Source: Vicugna vicugna
Taxonomy: Eukaryota
Assembly: GCA_013265495.1 (NCBI GenBank)
Contig: MU058531.1
Coordinates: 1,548,911 to 1,610,910, forward strand
DNA: 62,000 bases
Reading direction: 5' to 3'
Below are positions 13,700 to 26,849 of the stretch, piece by piece. A program made the position numbers and the translations under genes. Position 1 is the stretch's first letter. Every line of letters begins with the position of its first letter. The notes under the pieces are model-generated. The model did no database searches. It was not told the origin of the DNA and saw only the letters and a program-made list of their open reading frames with translations.

Positions 13700-15040
13700 G
13701 GCCCACTGTTCCAGTTAAGCTGGTGGATGATAGAGAAGGTTGCAGCCCAGCTCCCGCCTTCCCGCGATCGTTGCTGTTAGGTCTTTCTGCCCCCAGCCCA
13801 TCAGCACCTGCTCCATTTGAAAGAACCGTGAAAGAGGACCTCCTATCATTGCTACAGAAATATTTGTCAGTGGTATGGCTGAAAGCATCTTAGCTGGCCA
13901 GTACCCACTGGGGATTGGATTGGCTTTCTGAAAAGGATAAAACCTGGTGTAGTTCTCAAAAAACGGATTCAATTCCACAAATGTTTACATAGTGACTTCC
14001 ACGTGGCCTGATAAAGAATCAGCTTCTGGACTTTCTCTGCTTTTGTTGAGACTAATAATAACCCTAATATACATGGAGTTGTTCTGTAAAATTAAATTCC
14101 TCTTTGAGTGAAGGGGAAGTAAAAGAAAAAGGAAGGCCTGGGAGTAAGTGGGTACCTGCCTCCAAAAAAAAAGCTGTTTGAAGTTGATTGAGATGCTGGA
14201 TACTGATAAAATTTTTCCGAGGCTCAGGGGCCCAGGTGGAGGAAATATTACAGGTTTCCGAGTACGCATAGAATCCAGGAGAAAGAACTAGTAGCACCCA
14301 GTGGCTGCAGACGCGCTGGGCTGGAGAGCCAGCCAGAACGGGACCGGGCGGCACCAGGACCTGGGGTGAAAAAACGTGCTGGCCAGACGGGCAGCCAGTT
14401 GAATGCACACGGCCGGGCCCGGCTGGACTCGGAGGCCTTGGAGCTTAGTTGTAAATTGCCTTCCTACATAACACATATGCCCTGAAATTCCGCACAGGGG
14501 AGTCAAATTTAGCTCTGGAAGGATCATGTGCTTCAGATGAGTCACCACAAACAAGTTTAAGGGAGAAAGGGGAACAAGGAGTCCAATCTTAGGCCTTGGG
14601 TCACAGGTGAGACAAGGAAAAGGTCTCAGTTCCTTGGGGAGTTGATGGTGTCCCGGATAATGTGATCATCCAGGGACCGACCACGAGCTACAAGAATTAT
14701 TTGTCTACCAGAGGGACCACGAGGCCTCCTAAACGGCCAGTTGGCAGGGGGAAGGCAGTCATGCTGTACCCATGGGCAGGGTCCCAGCCACAGCCCAGCT
14801 CTCCTCTGAGTGGTGGATCCCACGGACGCCCCCGCCACCCCCAGCTGGCCGGCATCAGTGAGCTGAGAGTGAGCCGCTGTCTGGGTGAGCTTCAAGGCAA
14901 TGCACAGTCCTGAAATCTTAGCTTGTTGTCAAGGTGATCCCCACAGAGGACACGTGGAGCGAGGATTGGCTGGGACGTGTCCAGGGTTAAGCCGCCAGCT
15001 TCCGTGAAGCCCAGACAATAGGAAGAGGCCATTGCCTAGG
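13700..15040 (-). pseudogene. Terminal exon remnant M (~1.35 kb): entire GREB1-type TAGT glycosyltransferase domain to the C-terminus
   Basis: FLLSGLHGSWRLNPGH ~ FTPSSGRHEHGLLNLFH. QLTDAGQLGVAGA ~ VLP..AGVGAA. LPPANWPF ~ IKPQDIWPF. THLKHMILPELNLT (14501-14542) ~ CHVHNFIILNVDLT. RLAS..CRPVPF ~ RVHS..CRFNRF. APEPRKNFIS ~ APDSKHTFLA. NDRRS ~ QDRSS. LTG (13710-13718) ~ terminal LTGRH. Confidence 0.8.
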
Positions 15041-18000
15041 ATAGTCCAGCTTCCCAAGGCATTCAAGGAATTAAAAGAAAAAGTTCTCGGGGAATGATTG
15101 GTAAATGATTCTAGGGCAAAAGATCAGGGTATTAGGAGGTGGGAAAGTTTAAGAAGTATAATTATTGAATATATACTAGGCACGTGCTGTTTCACATGGA
15201 ATATCTCTTCATTCCGAAAAAGATGCTGTAAAGGAAACGTGACCTCTCTGCATTTGGCAAACGAAGAAACATATTCAGAGAGAGTGAGCGGCCTCACGGG
15301 TGCAGAAGCAGCCGAGTTATGATGCAAACCCAGCTCTTGTTTTCCACCAGGGCCTATGTTCTTCCCTGTTAGACAGGAAGTCTAATTCAACAACAACGAT
15401 ATGAAGTGCCTGCTCCTTAACAAGGCATTAGAGCTCGGCCTGTGAGCATGAACAAGACCCACAGTCCCTGCCGCACAGGCTAAGGGGGATGTGTGACCTG
15501 TCATTATTACGGCTGGAAATTTTCTAATAGCAGCTACAACAGTCCATAGGAACAGCTCCTCAGCCTCACCCCGCACCCTCCTCCCCTCGGTCACTAGGTC
15601 TGACCAGACCAGCCTGGCAGGGACGCACAAGTCCAGCTCAGTTCTGCCTCTGAGTCTCCGGATTTGCCCCTCCCTCTGCCTCTTCTGGCCTTCCCCAGCT
15701 CAGGGGCACTTTCTAAGTCCTTCCCTGGCACCCCCTGTCCCCTCCGCACACACCCTCTCCATCCCATTCCTCGTTTTATTTCATTTTCCTGGCTTTCTTT
15801 TCTTCCTAGTACTTAGGGCGGATTTGAAGTCTTGCTGCTGGTTCTGGTTTCACCAGTTTTCAGCCGTGTGACTTCGGACTGATTAGTAACTCCCTGACCT
15901 TCAGTTTCCTGTCTGTCAGCAGATAATAATTGTATGTAGCGCAGAGGGTTCTTGCAAGGACCAACGGGGATAATTAATGAAAATACTTAGAGCAATGACT
16001 GGCACAGAGAGACTGCTTGATACACGACAGCTATTGTCCTCATTCATTTTTTTCTTGTGTTTCTTCTCCACTAAAATGTGAGCTCCAGGAAGGCAGGCAC
16101 TTGGTCCATTCACCATGGCATCCTCAGGGCTTGGCTTATAGTAGGCACACAGTAAATGTCTATGGAATGAGTCGCTAACTTCCTACGTGCCAAGCGTGAC
16201 TGTTCCCACTTAAGCTTCACAATAACCTCATGAGGCAAGAACCATCACCACCCTCATTTTCCAGGGCAGAGTCACAATTGTTAAGTACATTTCCAGGGGC
16301 CACACAGGCCGAAAAGAGAGAACCAGGGTTCAGCCCAGAGAGCCCAGTGCAGTGAGAGAGACGGACACGTGAAGGGGGGTGGGGACCTCAAAGAAGAGGA
16401 GAAGTGGTGGTTCTGCGACCTGCGATTAAGGGGGAGAAGGGGGGTTCTGAGAGGGCCTCTGGGGGATGAGCAGCACGTATGGGAGGAGATTGAAAAGAGC
16501 ATTTCTGGAAGAGAAAGGATGAAGGAGGGTAGTGCACAGGCCAGTAAATGGGACTATTCTGAGCATGTTTAAGAGACAACAAATTGTCCGCCTGGGACAT
16601 GAACGCCACAGGGTGTGACCCATGAGTCACCGCTGGCACAGTCCCGGCTGGAGTGAACGTGGACTTGTAAGGAGGCAGCTGGGGAGGGAGGGTTGTACAA
16701 TGCCAGCCTCTTCTGTGTCCAGACGTGGAGACGGCAAGTCACCTTGGAGCAGACTTTGGGTTTCTGGGAAAAAGCACTCAAGTGACCCCTTGGCTGGGGA
16801 AGTGAGGAACAGGGAGTTTTTCCCATGGTCTAGCCAAGGCTGCTCCCCATCCCTCGCCCCTCTGCCTGTGGAGCCCTGGGGCACTGGGGCCAGGAGGGTA
16901 TGAGAGGGAGTTCCCAAAGAAGCCCTACCGGAAGGGAAAGGACCACAGCCACACCCTGCTTCCCAGAGCAGGAGGGTACGAGTAAGTAGCCCTGACTCCG
17001 GCCCAGCCAGCAGGACAGGGGCCCAGTGGCCCCAGGAGGAACTTGACACAAGGTAAAAGGGGCCTGGGCTGGGGTCCTGAGTTTAACACAAAGTTAAGGC
17101 AGTTGGTGTGGCCCGGATGAGGACACAGGACACAGTGTCCCTCAGGCCCCAGCCGTCTTGACTAGTATTATTCTTTGGAGCATCCACTGAGCACATGAGA
17201 GAACTGGGAACAGTGACCTTGGGTCCAGAGCAGCCCTCTGCAGCACGGCCCCGTGAGGATGGAATCCACCACCAAAGCAGGGGCTCTAACGGCACGATCA
17301 GGCATTCCAGCCCTCTCTCCACCCAGATTTGGAAACAGTATTGACAGCCACTTGTGATTCAGAGCTAATTTTGAAAGAGATACACTTCAAAGGAGGCTAT
17401 CAGACTTTCTCCTACTAAGAGCAGAGAAGCTAGAACAACTAACTGGAAGAGAGGAGATTGTGATGTGACCCTATGGTACTTCAACCTAGTGCTGTGATCA
17501 CAGTCTTCCAGAAACAGGCAAAGACATCTCCCAGCCACATCTAGCAGCAAGAAGGCAGGTGGCCAGTGAGATGCAATGTAGTAGAAGAGGGAGGAGCCTG
17601 AGAGTGGTCACCCCACAAAAGGCACATCAGGTGGGACCCCAAGACAAAGGGCTGTGTCAGGACAGCAGGAAGGAGCTTGAAGGCGGGCTGGGGCCACACA
17701 AGACACACATGGTCTAAGCCCAGGGACCACCTTGGCATCAGCTGGTCCCCATCTCCCCTGCAAGGTTTACAGAGATATTTAGAACAGACTTAAACTACCA
17801 CACAAGAAATCTAATTTTTATGTAAGGCAGACTCTCATAACACAGATTATCTAGAAAGGCTGTGAGATTGCATTCTGTGAAGATATAATAAGAATAATCA
17901 CTGATTCTCACTGGTCATCAGGAAAGGTATTGGGTAGGGCCATGATTGTCAAACACTGTCAGTCATACAAAACTTTATTAGAGTAAATTCTTATGCAAAA

Positions 18001-18164
18001 GCTCAATATTTAATCTAGAGAAAGATGAGCAGTTTGGATCTAGGAGCAGTAAGATCCACTGAACCTTGAATACTGAGGCCTTCCATTGTACACCCCACAC
18101 CCCCCCAATGGTGGCCCTGAGGGGTCTCCTAGGACTTGGTAGCACACAGTTTAAAAACTGCAAG

Positions 18165-18676
18165 GGTAGGAGATGTAGTCTGGCAAAACAGACCCTAAGT
18201 CCCTTCTTTCTTAGGAACCTGCATTAAAAGCCAAGATTCCTAACCCATAGCCAATCCTAGAACAAAAGAGAGAGTCCCTGTCCTTGGCTGAGATCACTGG
18301 TCCAACTACAGTAATGGGTCACAAGTCTTCCTCTCAGGCCACTCGCATATGTCCATATGAGTACTTCCATGAGGGTTAGTTGATGCCTACTGTTCCAAGG
18401 CTCTGCCATCTCTTGACGTTGGTTCCCAGACTGTGTACCATCCATCAGTGACGGGCAAACTATAGTGGCACCGCTCCCACCATTAACACCTCCTGCAGCC
18501 GAGCTTATCTTGAACCACCACAAAGCATGCTCAGAGAGGAGAGCCTCTTCGGAGTCCCACTGCGCCAGGGACCATAGATGTCATCCCAAGGGTGGACATG
18601 GAGAGTCAGACCCTGCCCATGGAATAGTCAGAGATGAAGGTGACAGACACCAGCTTAGACCCCAAGTGACAAGGCT
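18165..18676 (-). pseudogene. Exon remnant L: CxxC segment preceding the glycosyltransferase domain
   Basis: Acceptor ccggtctttcatcag|. LLSEHA..GCRRC (18486-18497) ~ RLSKYA..HCEQC. QLTLMEVLIWTY ~ ESTLHAFAFSY. EE..VISAKDRDSLFCS ~ EE..IIPKSKEHHFVFS. DLGSVLP ~ QLESMRLP. Confidence 0.65.
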
Positions 18677-19739
18677 CTGATGAAAGACCGGTAAGCTCAT
18701 GCTCCCTGTGGCTCGTTCATCATCAGCTCTCATGGGCTTGGCACGGTGCTTGGAACATGTAGATGGTCAGCAGATGCTCGCTGAATGAGAAAAAAAATCC
18801 ACGTCAGGGGGCTAGGCTTTGCTGTGGCTCTGTCACTAGTGAATGGGTGACTTAGGGACAAGTCATTTCCCCTCGTTGGACCTCAGTTGCCCAATTATAC
18901 AACTAGGAAGTTGGACCATATAAGTTGTTCTATGTACTGAGACCTTCTTGAGAAATAAAATGTTGTTCACTGAAAAATGAATGTCTTAGCTCCTTAGGAA
19001 TCCATTCACTTTTGTTATTTGGGTATGAATTTGGATTCTGTGTAAGTTTATTTGAAAAAAAAACCAGTGGGATAGATCTTATTTTTAAATGGTTGCAAAC
19101 TACCAAGCAGACGGTCTGTAAGGATTCCATCAAGCACTGATATTTTTTGAAACTTAATTCCCTGGATTGTCACTCCATAGCCTGTTCCAAAGGGATGATG
19201 ACGTCAAACTGAAAAAAGTGAACTCAGTGTCCTCTTAGTCCCCCTCCAGGAGAAACTGTGGAAGAGACTAAGGCAGGTCCCCATGCCCTGAGCACACCCC
19301 TCACTCTGACGTCACCACCCTTGGACACACTATTGTGCTAAGCCAGTAAACAGCTGGAGCACAATCCTGGCACTCGCCTCCCAGAATATCTGATTTTTCA
19401 CCATATCCACTTCAGAACCTATTATGTCAACTAATCTGTTGGATTAACACCTATGCTAGTACCTTAGGCTCAAAGGGCTAGAAGGGACTATGCAGTCACC
19501 TGCTAAGCTCCTTGGTAACCAAGGCCCGGGGCATAAGAATGATTTGCCCAAAATGAGACTCTAAATCCAGCTTTCCCAGCTCCCAGCCAGGGCTCCTCCC
19601 ATCAATCACTAGTTCTCACCACTGTACATGACGATCGCCTGGAGGGCTTTGTTAAGGACTGTACTCAGGCTTCACCCCCAGAAAGTCAGATTTAACTTGT
19701 CTGGAGTAGGGTCCAGGCAACACTAATGTTTGAAAAGTT

Positions 19740-20400
19740 TTTATCAAAGTAGAATATATATGGAGGAAAGTGAATAAATTATACATTTACGTGTTAATGG
19801 ATTTCAAACACCCGTAAACCCAAGCCAAGAAGCAGATCTCTAGCACCTAAAACTCTCACCAAAGATAAATGCTGTCCTGATTTCCAGCACGTGGATGACT
19901 TTTGCCTGCTTTTGTATTCATGTAAATGAAATGTACAGAATGTTCTTTTTTATGTCTGATTTCTTTTGCTCAGAAGTATGCTTGTAAGAGCAACAACATC
20001 CATGTTGTTGCTACAGTTGTGGTTTGTTCATTTGCATGCAGCAGAGTATTTTGTTGTGTGAATGAACTTCAATTTGTGATCCATTCTACTGTTGATGGAC
20101 ATTTGGGTTGTTCCCAGTTTGGGCCTATTATAAATAGTGTACATTCTAGCACATTTCTTTTGGTGAACATATGTGCATTTCTTTTGAGTATATACTTAGG
20201 AATGGAGTTGCTTGGTCATTGGATATGCCTATGTTCAGCTCAGTTATTGTGAGACAATTGTCTAAAGTGGTTTACCAACATATACCCGCCACCTAATTGT
20301 ATGAGTTGTCCCACATCTTCACCTGCACTTGGTATCATCAGTTTTATGATGTGGTCATCCTGGTGGGTGTGTGAGGGGATCACATTGTTGTAAGTGATTC
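19740..20400 (-). mobile_element. Old L1 (L1MC/ME-like) fragment
   Basis: atccattctactgttgatggacatttgggttgttcccagtttggg. Confidence 0.75.
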
Positions 20401-21209
20401 TAATAGACAGAAGAGGATCAGAACCTCTACTTTTTGCCCACTCCCATGACCCCTTGGGGCTTTTACTATCTAATTTATTGCTTCTGTGATATTCTACAAG
20501 CCAACCCAAAATGTTAGGCCTCTAAAATTAAAAAAAAAAGATTTCCCTAATTTGTACAAAATATAAATTGGTGGATAAACTTAAGTTTTTCAGTGATTTT
20601 TTTTTCTTCTACTTTTGGCACTCACTGCTGCGTCCCACTGGTGAATGCTAGCAGTCAACAAAACAAATATGAAACTAAACAATAGCCTCTTCCAATCCCT
20701 CACATGGAACTCTATAATATGTAATTTGAATTTTTTTTGGTAACCACAAGCATTTCCTGCTAAGTATACAAGTTTCTCTGCGCTAAAGAGTCCTTGATGT
20801 TTTTCTTCCTCCTCTTTGGGATTCCATCTTCCTCCCAGCTAGGAGAAGGCAACCCCATGTACCACGTGATCCTTCCCCAACATCAAGAGTACACCCCTGA
20901 CTCAGGTCGGGCCAATCCGACTCTCTTTCAGGAATTAGGAATGAAGACTTATAGGATGAGTCATTATTTGGAGCCATACAGTCATGTGAAATTGAAACCA
21001 AAATTGGCACCAAGTTATCTGAAAGCTACATAAAAGCTTGTGAGACACTAGCGTGAGCAGGGCTTAGGGGTATGTACCAGCAAGAGAGCTGGAGAGGAAA
21101 ATTAAACATGGAGTGCACAAAATAATTCCATTCTCCAAAAGCCAAATTATTTCAGTTCTCTGGTACTAGGGCAGGACTAAGGGAGGTGGAGGTCAACCAC
21201 TTCTTGTCA

Positions 21210-21640
21210 TTAAATCAGAAAGGCGTGGAGCCTGAAACAGAGGACCAGAAGAAAAATCCCTTAGCATGTTAAGAAGAGTGACCCTGAAGAAGTCCTCTTG
21301 AATAAGGGATGAGAAATGAAAATTAATGGTTCAGACCCCACTGTTACTAATTTCACATGCATTAAATATCATTGTATGGGTATTTGATATCATTAAATAT
21401 CAAGTACCATGATTTTGTCATTGTTATGCTTTGTGATCTTTTTAATGAACACCAGGTGATTCATAAGCTTTCATCTGTTCATCTGCCATCACTGCCCATT
21501 TAGAATAATTTCCCTGTACAGTTCTACATCTCCTAAATATGAATTCTCCAATCACATGGCTATTTGGTACTATACCTCCAAAGTTTGAGATAAACTATTG
21601 AATTAACAGCAAAGTTATGAGGAAATCAGCAATGTTCCAC
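21210..21640 (-). pseudogene. Exon remnant K: segment leading to a degenerate Walker A-like motif (boundaries uncertain)
   Basis: GIVPNSHV..FR ~ LLPHADV..LR. NYSKWAVMADEQMKAY ~ YYRQWTLARQHHADY. HP..RGLLQG..HAKG only loosely resembles HPRRLLLTGPPQVGKTG. Confidence 0.5.
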
Positions 21641-22079
21641 TTAACAGATTACTGGTTTATTTTTTGATGTGTCTGTATCAGTTGGGATGGGCTAGGTTTT
21701 GCTATGGTAACCAAACTCCAGTGTATTAATGGCTTAAACAAAGATGCATCTGTTGTTCACACCGCCTTGGCTGCAGGTTGGCAGAGGAGCACTTCTCATC
21801 ACAGCAGCCCCCAGACTCTGGTGAACAGAGCCTCCACCCCAACGTTGGCCTCTCGCAAAGTCTGCACCACCGGGAAGAGGGTGAAGAGAATCATACACTG
21901 ACTTTTAAAAGCTTCCATTAACATTTCTTTGGCCAAAACATGGTATGTGGCCCTGCCTAATGGAAAGAAATGGAGAAGTAAAATCTCACCATGTGCCCGG
22001 GAAGAGAACCAGAATATGTATGACTAGGCTTACCAACTGACACAGTGTGTATGATTACCTTGTTATGCTGTGTGCTTAT

Positions 22080-22480
22080 TTTTTTCAGTCCAGTTTTATT
22101 GAGCTGTTATTGACATACAGCACTGTATAAGTTTAGGGAGGGTGCACAGCGTAATGATTTGACTTACGTCATGAAAAGATTATCACAATAAGTTTAGTGA
22201 ACATTCTTCATCCCATATAGACACAAAATGAAAGAAGAAAAAATTTTTTCCTTGTAATAAGGACTCTTAAAATTTACTCTTAATTTAAAAAAAATTTTTT
22301 AATTTTTATGCAACTTTTAAAGGTTACTTCTGTTTACAGCTATTACAAAATATTGGCTATATTCTCCATATTGCAGTCATCCTTGAGCCTTACACCCCAT
22401 AGTTGGTCCATCCCACTCCTTCACCCCTATATTGCTCCTCCCTCCACCAGTGGCCCCCACTAGTTTGTTCTCTGTACCTT
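22080..22480 (-). mobile_element. Two adjacent L1 3'-end fragments
   Basis: Poly-T followed by ttattgacatacagcactgtataagtt, and poly-T followed by ttattacaaaatattggctatattc-type text. Confidence 0.65.
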
Positions 22481-23203
22481 ATCCTGTGTGCTTATAATAC
22501 AGCTAGATGTTCTGCTGGTAAAGTTGCTACTCATTTGTATGAAGGAATTAAGTCAATCATTCAGTGTCCACAGGTGCACTGGTGCCTGGGTTTACTTAAA
22601 AACTGCTGGCCTAACCCACTGTGGGAATTCTGGTTAGATGGGAAGTTATTGGATGCTGACTGAGGCCCAACGTATCACACCACACAGGCAACCGTGCCCA
22701 CCAAACCTCAGGCCAGTCTTACTTCCAGACCATGTGTAAATGGAATATTGTAAATCTGGCCACTAGTTTGGGTTTTGGTGAGGTTAGTACTGGGGAAATG
22801 GAGCAAAATAAATGGGCCTCTGTGAGGGGAAAGAATCCAGCCTGCTGTTTTGGGTCCTGTTTGACCCACAGCACCATAAGTACCACCACACCTAGGGGAG
22901 GTGAACACCACGGGGTCAGGTCATGAACTGGCTCTAAGGCTCAGAGTTACCTTCCTTTTCTGAGCTGGCAAATGAAGAGGTTGGACAGCAACCATTTCTT
23001 AGTACAAAACCCTTTGCAGAAATAAATCATAGTCAGAACCCCAAAGTATAAAATGGATACAAAGTGTGGTACAAAAGTAGGGGTGAAGGACTAGCCCCAC
23101 ATCCCCTTATGCCTCACAGCAAACAGCGGTCCCCCAAACTTCTACACATAGAACCTTTAGAGCTTCAGGGGACATGACATTAAAAACGTCACAGTTATGT
23201 AAC

Positions 23204-23834
23204 CTCTAAGAGCCTTTCCTGGGATTCTGTTCCAGCTTTAATGCCAGCACTTCCTGGTCCCAAGTCTAAAGAAACAACCGTCACTCACAACCTCCTTCCC
23301 CGGCCCCAGGGCTTGGGCCAGCCTGGCGCCCGCCCCTCACTCCTCCCTGCACCAAGCGGCCCTCCCTCGCCTCCTCTCCAGGCCATGAAAACTATCATGA
23401 TTGCAACCCAAAACTTTATGCCCACAACTGTTGACAATGCTGACATCTTTTGCCTCTGCTCGTAAGAGGGCAAGCCACGCCTGTGACTGAGAAATCTCAC
23501 TAGCCCAACCCCTCCGTTTCTGCACCCGGGCTCTGTCTTCTCTTCTCTCCTCATCAAGGGTGGCTTTTTCATCATCCCTGTGTCACAAGGGTTGGCAAAT
23601 CGCAGTGGAAGGAGGCTGTCATGGCACCCTTGGTAGTTCTCCAGGTCGTTAATGAGGACTTGGGAGACACCGAGAACGCCTTTGGAATGTTAAACAAAGT
23701 GGCTTTTATTCTGGCTGATAGGCTGCACCCTGAAGGTCTGGCTGTGCTGTGGGTGAGTGTGTCTGAGCATCCCTTGGCCACCATGGCCCCAGGCCTTCCC
23801 TTGACCTGCTGGTTGATCTCACATGAGGGTGTTT
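23204..23834 (-). pseudogene. Exon remnant J: helicase-like region
   Basis: Acceptor ttgtccttcgtccaccag|. KHPHVRS ~ RYPRLHS. VLINDL..LLPLRFAN ~ SIMDDL..MLIIRVPS. ASEISQSQAWLALLR ~ ATELSVATHFVARLK. GKEVVSD ~ GKDPLGE. KLEQ ~ ALEQ. Confidence 0.7.
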
Positions 23835-25750
23835 CTGGTGGACGAAGGACAAGACCTTTAAGACTCATAACAACAAGAACACCCTTTGCAGTCAGTGTGT
23901 AAAATGCTGTATTACTGGCCAACCAGCCCCGTCTTTAGCCAGGTCATTTGCTTTGTCTTCAGCTGAGCCATCCTCTAGGTGCTTGCCTCTCAAAGAATGG
24001 TCAGGACCCATAGGCATCACCTGGGAACTTGCTAGCAATTTAGAACCTCAGGCCCTACCTCAGACCTACTGGATCAAAACTCACATTCTAACAAGATCCC
24101 CGGGTCACTAATCTAGTCTAGGCAACTGTCAACGTATGAGCAGCTTGGTCAATGGTGAGCTCCCAGTTGTCTTGAAGAGGCACACCGTGTGTCACAGAGA
24201 CTGGTCCCAGACCTGGGAGACCTGGCTTCCGGTTCTGACTTGGTCACTATCTCTCCAGGAGTCCCTGACCAAGTCACTTACCCACTCTGGAATTTGGGAC
24301 GAGCTGGACTGCTGACTGTCCAAGAGCTGCTCTGAGGACAGAAAACAGAAAGATAAGCTCTCTCATGTAGGCCAATGACAAGGTTTTATTGCCAAATCCT
24401 TACCAGAAAATTGTGCCCAAGATCTAATTACTGCCAAAAAGAAGAGCTTCCGAGCAGCTACCCGAGTCCTTCTGTTTTATTAACTGTCGCTCAGCATTTC
24501 ATTGTTGTATTATTGCAATGTCTCTCTGTGGCAATTCACTTGGTTACCTGGGGGTACTTTCTGTAACCCCTTTGCATTCGATTGGAAGTTCTCTCCGCTT
24601 CCAAAATATGAATAATCCTATCACATAGGGCTGGAGTGAGGATCTGCTGAAACAGCGCTTTGAAAGCATGAGGGGCTGCCACATATACTGCAAGTTTTTA
24701 ACCCTTTAATATACACTCACCCCTCCCAGCAAATCATCTGCTAGGCATAGACCCTGGGGAGAGAATCCTGTATGAGTGCAAGGGCTGTTAGTCACCATAG
24801 CATGTGAGTAATAGTGGAAAATTGTAAGGGACCCAGATGCCCAACGGCAGGGGACTAGTTAAACTAGTAAATGGCGGTACGCCCAGAACAGAATTCCATG
24901 AGATGTGAAAAACACTGCTGAAGACATGGATGTGGGAAAGTATGTATGTAAAGAAAGTATGCAGGAAAGATGTGGGGAGCTGTTGGTGATCTCTCGCTGA
25001 TGAATGAAGACACATCAAAGACTGCAGTACAAAGTGCGATTACATTTCAGTTTGAAAATTGAAGTATACAAATATGCATAGGAAAAAGGCTGAAAGCACG
25101 CACACTGTGAATTCTGGTAACTCTGACTAAGGGTGGGTTTATGGTCCTTGTTTTACTTATTTGTATTTTCCATAGTGAAGGCACATTACAATTCTCAAAA
25201 GGAAAAAGCATTTCTTTAGAAAGAAAGACACAGCATTCCTTACACACCAGAAGAACTGCTTTCACCATTATTGTACTCACCCGTGGAGAAAGCCCCCCGT
25301 GGCTGGGGGAGCGGGGCCCAAAGGATGGGATTCCACGTTGGCCACGTGGCTGTCCTCACACCCGCCACGTGAGCAGACTTTAAATGACCCCCCAAAGCAT
25401 CTACAGTGGGTGAGGGGAGCCATGTCTTGCATTCAGGGACTCAGAAGAGACAGGGAGTGAGGGTGGAAATCATCAATTCTCCCTGGGGGACCAAAATGGA
25501 AACTCCCAGCCCCGCAGAGAGAAGGCAGCTGAGGTGGATGGTGTGCCTCCTGCAAGGCCATCAATCCAGAGCTCTAGTCCAGAGCCGGGCTGGGGCAAGC
25601 AGATAGCGTCTGTCCTGTCTCCTTCAGTAGAAAGCAATGAGGACAATTCACTTGCAAGATGCTCCTTCCAAAAGCCCAAGGAAGGTGGTTTGTTTTCAAG
25701 AGGGAAGAGGAATTTGATCCTATGCTTCTTGCCCTCGAGTTCATTGAAAG

Positions 25751-26166
25751 TGTCAACTGGAAAAAAAACTTCGCATCCTAATAGCTGAGAGTTACGTTTC
25801 ACTCGGCAGACTTTCTGAGGGCACCAAGCCCGGAAGGCAGCCTCTCAGATCAGTCTAAGGGACTGCTCTTAGAAGATTTTGCAAGGACCAGGTAGTGGGA
25901 ACGTCAAAAGGTCACTGTTAATTAGGAAAAACCAGATAGCCCAAGTTAAGGAATTTAGCCCTTTTCTATGTAGGGGAAGATGTAAACTTCTGGGCCCACT
26001 GAAATCATTCCTTTGATATGCACCTTAGCTACTTAGGGCCAGGATCCTGTTCTTTCCCATCCTGAGTCTCCCTGTGGGGCACTGCTGGGGGTGGCTGCAA
26101 CGTGACAGCTTGATGACAGCAACACCCTTTGTTTGCTGATATGGCCGGCAATATTTATCATTCACA
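25751..26166 (-). mobile_element. ERV1-class solo LTR with 4-bp TSD (AAAG)
   Basis: TGT...ACA ends flanked by aaag at 25747-25750 and 26167-26170. Confidence 0.75.
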
Positions 26167-26513
26167 AAAGATAGGTTTGTCTTCCTCATTTAAAATCACT
26201 CCATCTGGAACAGAAGAGAACTCACAGTGGTGGGAAGCCCGCTTTGTCTTTTCCGTGATAAAGAATAGCGGCGGTGGTGATAGTAGCCGTCGCGGTAGTG
26301 GTAGTAGAGGTTGGGGCGCTAACGTATGCCAGGGATTTCGCCTCTGTGGTTTTATTTAAATCTTCATAGCAACCCTGTGAGTTTGGAGGTTATGAAGGAG
26401 GAAACAAAGTCTCAGAGAAAGTCACTGGCCCAGAGTCGCCTAGTGAGTAGGGGCTGGAAACTGGATTCCATCTAGGTTTGCAAACCCCAGATATCCTTTC
26501 TGCTGTAACACAC

Positions 26514-26849
26514 CTAAAAATGAAAATGCTACCAGTCCCAGTTATATTTAAGTTGGTCCTAAAATTGTCCACAATAGTCCAATTACATTCAACAAACTCA
26601 GGATGCTTTTTTTAAAAATTCAATCTCTTCTGACGTCAGTAGTTAATCAGACTCTCAAAATATTTTCTCTCCACTTCACTAAAGAACCACTTCACTTTCC
26701 AGGAGAGATCACTCTTCCGCCTGCATAATGTACCAGCCAGCATTCCTGGATTCAGCTCCACCAAGTGGGAGGTTTTCCCTGGTCTCTCCCCTGCTAGGAC
26801 GCTATTTGCTGATGAGCAGAATTTGATATATGACTGGTCTACTTCTACT
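26514..26849 (-). pseudogene. Exon remnant I: helicase-like region
   Basis: One frame with two stops: TLCRRKSDLSWKVKWFFSEVERKYFESLINY*RQKRLNF*KKHPEFVECNWTI ~ [47 protein letters not shown]. Confidence 0.8.
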
